From: an uncultured Actinomycetota bacterium | GTDB lineage: Bacteria > Actinomycetota > Actinomycetes > Mycobacteriales > Pseudonocardiaceae | Assembly (NCBI GenBank): GCA_963727495.1 | Contig: CAVSGQ010000014.1 | Location: 351,051-415,050 of the forward strand | Length of the DNA stretch: 64,000 nucleotides | Direction of reading: 5' to 3' | Shown here: in pieces, positions 19,788 through 30,083 of the stretch | How positions within the stretch are numbered: position 1 is the first letter of the stretch | How the letters are laid out: the number at the start of each line of letters is the position of its first letter | Notes under the pieces: model-generated | Databases searched by the model: none | Seen by the model: only the letters and a program-made list of their open reading frames with translations | What the model was told of the DNA's origin: nothing | Position numbers and translations under genes: made by a program

Positions 19788-21715
19788 GTCGAGTAGCCCA
19801 GGGGAATCTCACCCCTGGGCCCTCACAGAACCGTGCGTAACAGTCTCCCGTTACACGGCTCTTACCATCCAGTCGGCAGGAAACTCCGGGTCCACACCCA
19901 CTGGGCGAAAAGCCGCGGGTATCGCTCACACACGGCATACCACCATGCGCGAACCTTCTTGAATCCGTGGAGCCGCTTGTATTTCTTTCGAGCCCAGCGC
20001 ATCAAGTAGGTGTTGATGCGTCTGCACAAGACATAGAGCGCACTTCGATAGAATTTACCGTAGTACTGGAGCCAGCCCCGCACGATCGGGTTGATCCACC
20101 GCGCGATCTGGCCGAGTGTCCAGGTGCTGTGCCGGTGTAGTTTCCAGCTGCGGACCTCTCGGTTGATGGCTTTCATCGCGTCCTTGCTGATCGCGGGCAG
20201 GAACGAGGTGAACATCTCCCCGTGCTTGTCCCGCGCGCCTCGCGCCTGGAAGGTGTATCCGAGGAACGTGAACGACGTCTGCTCTGCTGAGCGGTTTCGT
20301 CGTCCGTCCTTGCAGTACACGACTTTCGTCTTCTCCGGGTGCAGCGTCAGCCCGACACTGTCCAGCCTTGCCCCGATCTTGTCTCGCAGCATCAGCGGCC
20401 TGCTTCTCACTGACGCAATGCACCACCGCGTCATCCACGTAGCGTTCGAACGTGACGGTCGGGAACTCCCGCGCCATCCACGCGTCGAACGCATAATGCA
20501 GAAACAGGTTTGCTAGTACCGGCGAGACCGCCGATCCCTGTGGGGTTCCACGGTCACGCGCCTGCAAGGTTCCGTCCGAGCGTTGCAGCGGTGCGGTAAG
20601 CCACCGCCGCACATACAACACCACCCAATCCGAGTCGGTGTTCGCCCGCACGGCCTTCACCATCAGTCGAATGATCAACGGTGTCGAAGAACTTCTGGAT
20701 ATCCAGATCAATCGCCCAGTCCGCCTTCCAGCACCGTCGCCGACATGTTCCACCGCGTCCAGCGCCGACTTTTTCGGGCGGTAGCCATACGAGTCGGGGT
20801 GGAACAAGGGTTCCACCCGTTTCTCCAACTCCATCGCCACCACCGTTTGCGCGACCCTGTCCGCGACGGTAGGCACGCCGAGTGTTCGGACTCCGCCACC
20901 GGCGCTTCGGTATCTCTACCGCTCTCACCGGCGGCGGGAAGTACGTCCCCGACGACATCCGATTCCACACCCGGTAAAGATTGTTCTTCAGGTCGGCCTC
21001 GAACCTCTCGATGGACACCCCATCCACTCCTGGCGCCCCTTTGTTAGCCCTGACTTTCTCCCACGCCTCATGCACCGCCCACTTCGAAATCTCAAACGAC
21101 TTTCCTGACAGCTTCGTCTGACTCACCCAGCTCCTCCCGAACAACGCCGGTTGACTACATGAACAGACCGGATAGTCCGACCCCTTCGCTCCACGGCCAT
21201 TACAGCCGCTTCATCGCTACTACAAGCCGGTCCGCCAGCACGTCCCGCATCGGTACTCAACGCCTCACAGTTTCCGCTGCCCGGCGCGCTCCCTCTCGCC
21301 ACCTCACTGGCGTCGGTATCGGGACATGCCTTCCCACGTTCCATGCGAAAGCCGCAGATCAGACTCACGTCGCCTCCATGCCGGACACCACCTGGCCAAC
21401 ACGTCGGGCACCCGCCAGGCTCATCCCGGAATGCTGAAAAGACACCCCGGTTTCGATGTCAGCTGTAAATTCAATAACGACACGTCAACAGCGATTCACT
21501 CACGTTCGTCTTCCTGATCCCCATCTGACGCCTCCTACGGCGCCTTTTCCTCGATCGCTCACCACGACGGTCTTCAGCCAACGCAGCATGAGGTGATTTG
21601 AAGCCTCTCCCCGAACAAGACGACTCCGAGAGGGCCAACAATCCTCCATCTCCCGCACAGCACCATTCCCGGCGACAATACCTACGTCACGCCGCCTCCC
21701 ATGTTCGTGGCACAC
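19788..21715 (-). mobile_element. Group II intron (self-splicing RNA with RT/maturase ORF, no endonuclease domain seen)
   Basis: 5' end GTGTG at 21715 and 3' end ...CTCGAC at 19788. Domains V/VI at 19788-19865. EBS1 (21436-21441) and EBS2 (21511-21516) are complementary to exon GAAAAG and TTCCTG. Removing the intron restores the orfA frame. Confidence 0.95.
19862..21126 (-). pseudogene. ltrA: Group II intron reverse transcriptase/maturase, frameshifted as assembled
   Basis: ANKGAPGVDG, PTVADRVAQ, SYGYRP, GTPQGSAVSPVLANLFLHY, YVDD and a maturase X domain (INPIVRGWLQYY), spread over three or more frames. Confidence 0.92.
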
Positions 21716-21791
21716 CTTTTCCCAGGAACTCGTTCCGCATCTTCAACTCGCGGTTCTCCCGCTCGAGCTCACGCAACCTGGCCCGCTCAGA

Positions 21792-23519
21792 CCCGATTCC
21801 GCGAGTAGTCGGTTGAGTTGATCTTATGGTTCGTGAGGTTGTCTGGTGGGGTGGGTTTCGTGGGCGTGGGCATGCCACAGGCCCGGGTGTGGCGCCGGGT
21901 TCGCGGGTCTCGGGGTTCCTGGGTCGGGGCTGGGGTGGCCGGGTGGTCAGGGCAGTGCGGGGAGTTTCCGGAGTCGGGCGAGGATCTCGGCGAGCAGGTG
22001 GTGACCGGGCGGTGGGTGCAGGATTGGTTGCCCTGATTGGAGAACGAGGCGGGCGGGGACGCGGATCAGCCGGTGGCGCAGGGTGGCGATCATGGCTTTG
22101 CCGTCGCGGGCGCCCCAGCCGGAGAGCTGTCCGGCTGGTCCGGGGGTGGCGGTGAGTTGGTGGAGCCAGGCGGCCATGCTGGCGGCCAGCAGCGCGCCCC
22201 ACATCCAGGCGGTGTTGACCTCGGGATAACCGGAGGGGAGGTGGCGGAGCGCGGCGCCGTGTTTGCTGTCGCGGAAGATGTTTTCGATGCTGGTGCGGTG
22301 TCGGTACCAGTGCTCAACTGGGCGGCTTTGTCCGGTGTGGACACGTCGGCCGGATCAACGAGGTTGGTGAGGATGAACGAGTAGCCGTAGATCGCGTCCG
22401 CGTCGGCCAACTCTTCGAGCGGGAGGGCGCGTTGGTCGGGGTGCAGGGTGCGGCGCCGCCGCGAGCGGGGATCGGCCGAGACCTGACAGATGTCGAGACG
22501 GACCCGGCGGATGAGCAGGAAGGTCTTGGCGGGCCACCAGACCGGCCGGTAGTCGGCGACGGCGACCTGCGCGCCGTCCATGTCGATCGCGTCGGTCCAG
22601 TCGTCCTCGGTGATGCCGTCGAGCAGCCGCCAGAGCGGGGCGATGCGTTTGGCGCCGATCGCGAACTCCACGTCGGCGAAGAACGCGACCCGGGCCAGCT
22701 CACCGGCGAAGTAGCCGGCGTCGGCCCGTAACCGCACCCGACCCGCTCTGGCCTGTTCGGGTAACGCCGCGAGCGCACGCCGGAACAGTTCGGCGGCGTG
22801 TGCGCGTGGATCATCGTTACCCGACACCAACTCGCGCGGCCAGCACGGTCTCGACCTCGGCCCAGGACGCCACGTGCGCACGTCCCACCCGCTGCCCCTC
22901 ATGGTTGAAGGCGACACCGCGTTTCTTGCGCCCGTAGACCTCCACGTCGCTGGCGTCGAGATCGATCGTCGCCGCAGCGCACAACCGTGTCCGCCGCACC
23001 GCGGGCACCCGCTCCAGCATCCGCTCGTCACCTGCGCGACCCCGGTCTCCACCGCCGTCCATTGTGGATCGGTGAACCTGCGCGCCAGCCCAGCGGCCGT
23101 GGTCGAGGACAACCCCGGCACCGGCGTGATCACCTGCCCCGCCACATCGGCACGCTGGCGGTCCAGACCCGACCAGGAAGTCCTCCCCGGCCATCTGCGC
23201 CGCGGCCAGACCCGACCAACACCTCACCAGCGCCGAACCCACGAGTCACGCTGCTTGATCGGCCCCACCGCCGCATCCAACGCCGAGATCACACCCAGCC
23301 GCTCCACCAACTCCGTGACCGCCGCCATCCCCGACACCGACGTCAACGACGGGTCCGGCGCGCCGACCCGCACCTCCGGCCGTCCACCACGTAAACTACC
23401 CACCCGATAGGTGTCCTCTCCCGGGACTGATCACGTCGTCGCAAACGTCATCATCCCAGGCCAGAGCGGCACCTATCACCATCTCAGCAGCGTGTCACCG
23501 CCTTACTCGCGGATACGGG
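21792..23519 (-). mobile_element. IS1380-family element with frameshifted transposase
   Basis: IRs CCCGATTCCGCGAGTA / TACTCGCGGATACGGG; 5-bp target duplication TCAGA; motifs IDLDASDVEVYG, LRADAGYF and FAIGAKR. Confidence 0.9.
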
Positions 23520-23770
23520 TCAGAAACCGACAGCGGCTCCTCCTCGACCGGATGCGCCTTACGATACGAAGCGACCCAATTCCCCAATGTTCCCGCGTTG
23601 ATCCCCAACTCCCGAGCGACCTGCGCGACCGGACGATTCCCCTCAATCACCATCTTGACCGCTTCGTCCCGAAACTCGGGAGAAAACTTCCTACGCCGTT
23701 CCGGCATCGATCATCCTCCATTCCAGACCGGACCTTATTAGGTCCACTGTCCGGAAAGTTGGAGGCGCGC

Positions 23771-25546
23771 CACAACGAGTGGGACGCTGCGGCTGGTGTG
23801 TCGCGGACGAAGGTGCTGTACTCCTTCGGCCGTGAGGACACCGTCGATGTTGAGGGCGTCCGCCGGTTGATCGGGGCGTTGACCCGGTTGCTGGACCCGG
23901 CTGACGCGTTGGCTGGTGGCGGTCCGGCCGGGTTGACCTTCACCGAGTCCCGACCGCTGGGTGGGGCGTTCGTGCTGGACGGGTTGTGGCGACGGTTGGG
24001 CATCGACGCGGCGATACGGCGGATGCTCGCCGGGCGCCGGCAGGGGGAGCGGGTCGAGCGGATCTTGTTCGCGTTGGTCGCCAACCGGGCGCTGGCGCCG
24101 TCCTCGAAGCTGGCCGCGACCCGCTGGATTGAGCACGACGTGGTGATCGACGGGCTGGACACCGTGGTCGATGAGGCCTGCTATCGGGCGATGGACTGGC
24201 TGATCGAGGTGGCCCCAGCGTTGTCGCGCGCGGTGTATGACAACGTCGCTGATCTGCTGAACCTGGAAGTGGACCTGCTGTTCTTCGATACCACCAGCAC
24301 CTACTTCGAACTCGACGAACCCGACGAGCCGGTCGACCGCGACGAACACGGCGCCCGCACCGACAACAACGACGACAGCCAGGACGGCGGCAACAGCGAC
24401 GGTAAGCCCGCTGGGTTTCGGACCTACGGCAAGTCCAAGGACTCCCGCCCGGATCTGCCGCAGGTCGTCATCGGGATGGCGGTGACCCGCGACGGTATCC
24501 CCGTCAGATGTTGGTGCTGGCCCGGCAACACCGGCGACTCGGCGTTGATCCGCCAAGTCAAGGACGACATGCGGGACTGGTCGTTGGGCCGGGTCGTGTG
24601 GGTCGCCGACCGCGGCTTCACCTCCGCGGCCAACCGCAGATACCTGCAGCGCGCCGGCGGGCACTACATCCTCGGGGAGAAGCTGCGCGGCGACTCCGAC
24701 GAGGCGAAGGCAGCGCTGGCCCGGCAAGGCCGCTACAAGACCGTCGCTGGGAACCTGCAAGTCAAGGAAGTCAATCTGGACAAGGATTTGGCCGACGATC
24801 GGTTCGTGATCTGCTTCAACCCCGAGGCCGCCCAACGCGACACCAAGGTCAGGCAACGGATGCTGGCCCAACTCGACGAGGCGATCGCCGGATCGGACAA
24901 GCTCTCCACCGACAAGCGCGCCGAGCTTCGCGGTGCGCTCTCCACCAAGCCCGGTCTCAAACGCTACCTACGCGTCACGCCAGGCGGACTGCTACGCATC
25001 GACCGCAAGGCCATCGAGCGTGAGACCAACCTCGACGGGAAGTTCCTGCTGCGCTGCTCGGATCCGAAACTGTCCAGTGAGGACATCGCCTTGGGCTACA
25101 AGCAACTGCTGGAGGTCGAACGCGGTTGGCGAGACATGAAGCAGATCATCGATCTGCGGCCGGTCTACCACCGCCGTGAGGAACGCATCCGGGCTCACGT
25201 CCTGCTGTGTTGGCTGGCGCTGCTGCTGATCCGGATCGCCGAGACCGCCACCGGACAGACCTGGCCCTCAATGCGCGACGAACTACAACGCCTGCACCTG
25301 GGCACCTTCACCGGCCCAGCCGGCACCTTCCAGCAACGAACCGAGATCACCCCCGCCCAACGCAAGATCCTCGCCGCCCTCGTCCTCGAGGAACCCCGCC
25401 GCGTCCACGAAGCAACTCCCGCAACACGCTGACCAGCACCAACACCACCGCCTAGTGACACGCCCCGTCACCGGGCAATCATGTATATCCCCAGGTCAAC
25501 CCACCAATTCACGGACTAGCCAACACCCTGATCTGTGGAACCCAGG
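23771..25546 (+). mobile_element. IS1634-family element copy 1 (5' end removed by the IS3 insertion; transposase frame open 23771-25432)
   Basis: LFFDTTSTYF, GKSKDSRPDLPQ, VWVADRGF and LRPVYHR motifs; right end GTGGAACCCAGG at 25546. N-terminal MYVKASTRK..QLA is missing relative to copy 2. Confidence 0.92.
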
Positions 25547-25861
25547 TTGAGGGCGAGCGAGGAATGCAACCCCGAAGTGAGTTCGACCAGCGAGCAGGTG
25601 CCTGATCCGGAGGTTGTGCCGAGGGCGCGGTCGCGGCGGTATTCCGCGTCGTACAGGGCGAGGATCCTGGCTGAGTACGAGGAGCTGGACGAGGCGGGTA
25701 AGGGTGGCTTGTTGCGGCGGGAGGGTCTGTACACGTCGTTGATCTCGGCGTGGCTTGACCAGCAGGACCGTGGTGCGCGGGAGGCGTTGGCCAAGCCGGC
25801 CGGGAGTCTGCAGCAAGGGCCGGGGGTGTGCGCACCAGCGGCCTGGCCTTCGATGCACTGA
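25546..25861 (+). pseudogene. IS3-family OrfA fragment
   Basis: PEVVPRARSRRYSASYRARILAEYEELDEAGKGGLLRREGLY. Confidence 0.75.
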
Positions 25862-26271
25862 CCGACAACACGTGAGGGCGCAGCGGGTGAACAGCTGCTG
25901 TGTCCAGTGGGCGACGATGAGCCGCCGCGGCGAGGACGTGGTCGTGCGGGCGGGTCCACGGACCCGCCCGCACGGCCTGCCCGGCCACGCTGGGCCGCCT
26001 GCTCAACACCGCCATGGAACCGTCCACACCCCGGGCCGTAACGGCACCATCGCCGCGTCGACGACAAGCGCGCCGCGTGCGTCAACCAGGTGATCTGGGC
26101 TCCGATCCTGCTCGTTCCAGACGAAGCCGCCGGCTTCCGACCCAAGATCGCTGGTGGAGCGGCGGGGCCATGGCCCGGTTGGCATCCCGGCAGTCACGCC
26201 GTGAACGGATATCAGCCGACATGGACGGTGTTCGGGCCAGCCGCTCGCGAATCGACTTGAGTACCGGTCAG

Positions 26272-26697
26272 TCAGACTCCGTCCCAGTCGCCGGGCACGA
26301 GATAGGCATCCGATGGCGGATTGGCGTTGATCAGCCTGCCGCCCGCATACGGACCATCAGCACCATGAATCTGCAACCCGCCCACCCGGGTCACCCACGC
26401 AACCGTGTCCGTGCCGTCGCCGTTCCAGTCACCGGCGACCAGCACCTCGTCGGCGTTCGGCGTGGCATGAATCAGCACGCCACCCGCATACGGACCATCG
26501 CTCGCATGAATCTGCAGACCACCCTGCCGGGTCACCCACGCCACCGTGTCATCACCGTCACCGTCCCAGTCGCCCGGCAGCAGATAAGCATCCGACGGCG
26601 GACTCGCGTTGATCAACCGACCGCCCGCATACGGACCATCGCTCGCGTGGATCTGCAGACCGCCCTGCCGGGTCACCCACGCGACGGTGTCGCTGCC
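26272..26697 (-). repeat. Three ~138-bp coding repeats (A-B-C units)
   Basis: DTVAWVTRxGGLQIHxxDGPYAGGxLIxAxPxxDxxLxxGDWxGDG units, DNA nearly identical to those in the upstream gene. Confidence 0.95.
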
Positions 26698-27291
26698 GCC
26701 GCTGCAGTTGCGGCTGGCGACGTTGCGCCACTCGCCGCCGGCGCCGGGACCGTAGGTCACGCCGTTGAACACGGCCGCGACCCGCTCGGCGCCCTCGAAA
26801 CCCCAGGAGGCGCTGCCGTCGCCGTTGCTGTCGAAGCCCTGCTCGTAATGCAGGTGAGGCACGCCGTTGGAGGTCGGCCCGGTGTGCCCCACCCGGCCGA
26901 TCAGCTGTCCCCGCACGACCAGTGTGCCGACCGACACGGCCCGGGACTGCAGGTGGAGGTAGGTGGTGAAGTAGCCGCCACCGTGATCGATCTGGATGAC
27001 GTTGCCGGCGTTGGCGTGCACAAAGGACTGGTTCACCCGCCCGGCTGCTGGCGCGACCACCGGCGAACCCTCGGTGTCGCTCTGCGGCTCACGCACCATG
27101 TCCAGTGCCGGTGCGTGGGTGGAGTCCCAGGTGTTCAGTCGCCATTGCTGTCCACAGGGGAAGGGCAGCTGGAACGCCGGTGCGGCCGAGGCGGAGCCCG
27201 CGGACGCGACCAGGCCGCCCGCGACGAGGATCGCCGCGGTGACGGCGCCTACCATCGATCTGGCCCTTCCGGAAAGACGTCTACTGTTCAT
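26272..27291 (-). CDS. Secreted M23 family peptidase with three C-terminal FG-GAP/VCBS-like repeats
   Basis: Signal peptide ending ASA; FQLPFPCG, HAPALD (HxxxD) and YLHL (HxH); GDWDGDG/GDWNGDG repeats. Confidence 0.88.
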   Translation of the reverse strand: MNSRRLSGRARSMVGAVTAAILVAGGLVASAGSASAAPAFQLPFPCGQQWRLNTWDSTHAPALDMVREPQSDTEGSPVVAPAAGRVNQSFVHANAGNVIQIDHGGGYFTTYLHLQSRAVSVGTLVVRGQLIGRVGHTGPTSNGVPHLHYEQGFDSNGDGSASWGFEGAERVAAVFNGVTYGPGAGGEWRNVASRNCSGGSDTVAWVTRQGGLQIHASDGPYAGGRLINASPPSDAYLLPGDWDGDGDDTVAWVTRQGGLQIHASDGPYAGGVLIHATPNADEVLVAGDWNGDGTDTVAWVTRVGGLQIHGADGPYAGGRLINANPPSDAYLVPGDWDGV

Positions 27292-27326
27292 CAGAGTTCC
27301 CTTTCTGACACGCAAGCGGGTCGAAG

Positions 27327-28030
27327 TCAGCTGCCGTCCCAGTCGCCGGCGATCAAGTAGGCATCGGATGCGGGGTTGGGGTCGATCAGGCGACCGCCGG
27401 CGTAGGGGCCGTCGCTTGCGTGGATTTGCAGGCCCCCTTGCCGGGTCACCCAGGCGACCGTGTCGTCGCCGTCACCGTCCCAGTCGCCGGGCACGAGATA
27501 GGCATCCGATGGCGGATTGGCGTTGATCAGCCTGCCGCCCGCATACGGACCATCAGCACCATGAATCTGCAACCCGCCCACCCGGGTCACCCACGCAACC
27601 GTGTCCGTGCCGTCGCCGTTCCAGTCACCGGCGACCAGCACCTCGTCGGCGTTCGGCGTGGCATGAATCAGCACGCCACCCGCATACGGACCATCGCTCG
27701 CATGAATCTGCAGACCACCCTGCCGGGTCACCCACGCCACCGTGTCATCACCGTCACCGTCCCAGTCGCCCGGCAGCAGATAAGCATCCGACGGCGGATT
27801 GGCGTTGATCAGCCTGCCGCCCGCATACGGACCATCAGCACCATGAATCTGCAACCCGCCCACCCGGGTCACCCACGCAACCGTGTCCGTGCCGTCGCCG
27901 TTCCAGTCACCGGCGACCAGCACCTCGTCGGCGTTCGGCGTGGCATGAATCAGCACGCCACCCGCATACGGACCATCGCTCGCATGAATCTGCAGACCAC
28001 CCTGCCGGGTCACCCACGCCACCGTGTCGC
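27327..28030 (-). repeat. Five ~138-bp coding repeats including a near-perfect 276-bp tandem duplication
   Basis: Segments ~27490-27765 and ~27766-28030 are nearly identical. Confidence 0.95.
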
Positions 28031-28652
28031 TGCCACTGCTCCACAATCTCGACACGAGAAGCTGTGCATCGTGCTCCTCCCGGCCGTACGCGTCCGGCAC
28101 CGCCGAGCGCTGGACGGCCTGGCAGATCGCGCCGATGGAGCCGCTCATCCAGGAGTTGTTCGGATAGATCCGCAGCATCGCGTTCAGGAACGCATTGGTC
28201 GCATACACCGGATCGGTGATCTGTGCGGGAGTCCCCCAGCCTTGTGACGGCCGCTGCTGGAACAGCCCCAGGCTGTCGTGGTCCACGGCCTCGGTGTAGT
28301 TGTGCAGGGTGCTCTCGGTGATCGCGGTCGTCGTCGCGATCACCGCCGCCCGCTGGTTCAGCCCCCGGCCTCGCACGGTGTTCACGATCGTCCGGGCGCA
28401 GGACACGTTGTATGCACTGACCTGCTGGCCCAGCCGAGGCCCGTTCATTTTCGGTCGGACACGGTCCGCGACCGCGGCATCGGCAGCCGTCGGTCCACCC
28501 TGGACACATTGACCAGTAGCGATCAATGCGCCGAGGGACGGCGGCACCGGAGCCCCGCCCGGCCCCGGAACCGCCGGGCCGGCGACGGCCGGTGCGGCGA
28601 AGACCGCTAACGCCGCTGCCGAGTTCAGAAGAATGAAAAGACGTCTCATCAC
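27327..28652 (-). CDS. Secreted lysozyme/lytic-transglycosylase-like protein with five FG-GAP/VCBS-like repeats
   Basis: Signal peptide; AITESTLHN...DHDSLGLFQQRPSQGWG motif typical of actinobacterial lysozyme-like domains; same repeats as the neighbouring gene. Confidence 0.75.
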   Translation of the reverse strand: MMRRLFILLNSAAALAVFAAPAVAGPAVPGPGGAPVPPSLGALIATGQCVQGGPTAADAAVADRVRPKMNGPRLGQQVSAYNVSCARTIVNTVRGRGLNQRAAVIATTTAITESTLHNYTEAVDHDSLGLFQQRPSQGWGTPAQITDPVYATNAFLNAMLRIYPNNSWMSGSIGAICQAVQRSAVPDAYGREEHDAQLLVSRLWSSGSDTVAWVTRQGGLQIHASDGPYAGGVLIHATPNADEVLVAGDWNGDGTDTVAWVTRVGGLQIHGADGPYAGGRLINANPPSDAYLLPGDWDGDGDDTVAWVTRQGGLQIHASDGPYAGGVLIHATPNADEVLVAGDWNGDGTDTVAWVTRVGGLQIHGADGPYAGGRLINANPPSDAYLVPGDWDGDGDDTVAWVTRQGGLQIHASDGPYAGGRLIDPNPASDAYLIAGDWDGS

Positions 28653-28666
28653 GGCTCGCCGCGGCT

Positions 28667-29062
28667 TCAGTTGTAGACGCTGGACGCGGACGGGCAGATG
28701 TTCAGCCAGTGCTGCGTGTCGTTGACGAGAGCTGTGTTGTGGTCCTGGATCGCGGTGCGATGAATGGCATTGACGTCCAGCCGCATCGCGTGTCCGGTGT
28801 TCGGGCCGACGATACCGTCGACCGAGAGGTTGCCCTTCCGCGACTGGTAGGTCTTCACGCCATTTCTGGTGCCGCTACCGAAGATGCTGTCCTCGGAACC
28901 GCCGATGCCGATTCCGAAGTACGTGTGCACGACGTGCTGGGCGCACCACACGGGCACCCCGCGGTCCCCGTAGTCGACGTCGGCAGATGCCGCCGACACG
29001 GACAGCCCGACTGCCGCGAACGCGGTGGCGGCCACGACGCCGATTCTCAGTGCGTTTCTCAT
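28667..29062 (-). CDS. Small secreted peptidoglycan-binding domain protein
   Basis: Signal peptide ending ASA; DSIFGSGTRNGVKTYQ...LSVDGIVGPNT (PG_binding_1 pattern). Confidence 0.8.
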   Translation of the reverse strand: MRNALRIGVVAATAFAAVGLSVSAASADVDYGDRGVPVWCAQHVVHTYFGIGIGGSEDSIFGSGTRNGVKTYQSRKGNLSVDGIVGPNTGHAMRLDVNAIHRTAIQDHNTALVNDTQHWLNICPSASSVYN

Positions 29063-29137
29063 GGTCGAGTTCCTCCCTGTTCGGTCGCCCCGATGCGGGC
29101 GTGTGCGCACTGTCTGGCACCCGATGGAGGCGTAGCT

Positions 29138-29161
29138 GGATTCCGACCGATCCCGAACGCC
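29138..29161. promoter_or_regulatory. Shared upstream motif, copy 1
   Basis: GGATTCCGACCGATCCCGAACGCC, 76 bp upstream of the peptidoglycan-protein cluster; matches 32758-32782. Confidence 0.5.
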
Positions 29162-29474
29162 CGGTGAAGGTCACTGACGCAGCCGCGAATCTCGTCGGCG
29201 TCTTGCATGCTGAGGTGGACGTCGAGGTCAAGGGCGGCGCTCACCGCGTCCACCGGCTGACCAGATCAGGGCACCCATCCGACAGGGCGCATGTGGTCGC
29301 GGTCGATCCGACGACGCGTTTGCTCTCATCGCCGCGGTTGCGGGCGGTGGCGTAGCGAGGTCCCAGCGGTCCTTTCCGGCGCCCAGAACAGGTCAACACC
29401 CGGCAGTCACGCCGGAACAGATGTCAGCCGTCATGGACGGACTGGTCTGGCGGGCGGGTGGGGGTGGGAATGGG

Positions 29475-30083
29475 TTATAGCCAGCCGCGCTCGTCGGCCA
29501 CTCGCAGGGCTTCTATCCGGTTGCGGGTGCCGGTCTTGGTGGTGGCGCCGGACAGGTAGTTCCGCACGGTGCCCTCGGCCAGGTACAGCCGAGAGGCGAT
29601 CTCGGCGACGGTGGCGCTGGAACGGACCGCGATGAGCACGTCACGTTCGCGGGCAGTGAGCGGCGACTGGCCTGCCGCCAGTGTGGCCGCGGCCAGCGCC
29701 GGATCCACCACCCGCTCGCCGGCCATCACCCGCCGGATTGCGTCAGCGAGTGTGTGAGCCGGGGCGTCCTTCACGACGAACCCGACGGCGCCTGTCTCCA
29801 TGGCTCGGCGTAGGTAGCCGGTACGGCCGAAGGTGGTCAGGACGACCACTTTGCAGTCGGGCACTTGCGCGGTGAGCACCGCAGCCGCCGCGAGGCCGTC
29901 CAACCCGGGCATGTCGATGTCCAGCAGCGCGACGTCCGGGCGGTGTTGCAGCGCCGCGCCGGTAACCTCGTCGCCGCGGCCGACCGACGCCACCACCTCG
30001 AAGTCCGGTTCGAGGTCGAGCAGGGCGCGCAGCGCCTGTCGGATCAGCTCCTGGTCGTCGGCGAGCAGCAGGCGGATCGTCAT
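29475..30083 (-). CDS. NarL/LuxR family response regulator (DesR-like)
   Basis: MTIRLLLADD, LLDIDMPGLDG, LTTFGRTGY and a LuxR HTH; ATGA overlap with the kinase. Confidence 0.93.
   Translation of the reverse strand: MTIRLLLADDQELIRQALRALLDLEPDFEVVASVGRGDEVTGAALQHRPDVALLDIDMPGLDGLAAAAVLTAQVPDCKVVVLTTFGRTGYLRRAMETGAVGFVVKDAPAHTLADAIRRVMAGERVVDPALAAATLAAGQSPLTARERDVLIAVRSSATVAEIASRLYLAEGTVRNYLSGATTKTGTRNRIEALRVADERGWL

Larger units (their letters stand above)
19349..23772 (-). mobile_element. IS3-family element B, orfA split by IS1380 and a group II intron, orfB truncated
   Basis: Left end TGGCGCGCCTCC at 23772. orfA reconstitutes as MPERRRKFSPEF...PLSVS/ERARLRELERENRELKMRNEFLGK/AAAFFAQEYR. orfB 19349-19759 ends at LVGDI. 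Confidence 0.92.

Noticed and set aside
26272-28030. 138-bp repeats as a possible CRISPR-like or DGR array
   Set aside because: They are in-frame coding repeats without unique spacers, and the differences are not adenine-specific.
29170-29440. Possible decayed SARP/AfsR N-terminus upstream of the peptidoglycan cluster
   Set aside because: Only a vague resemblance across broken frames.
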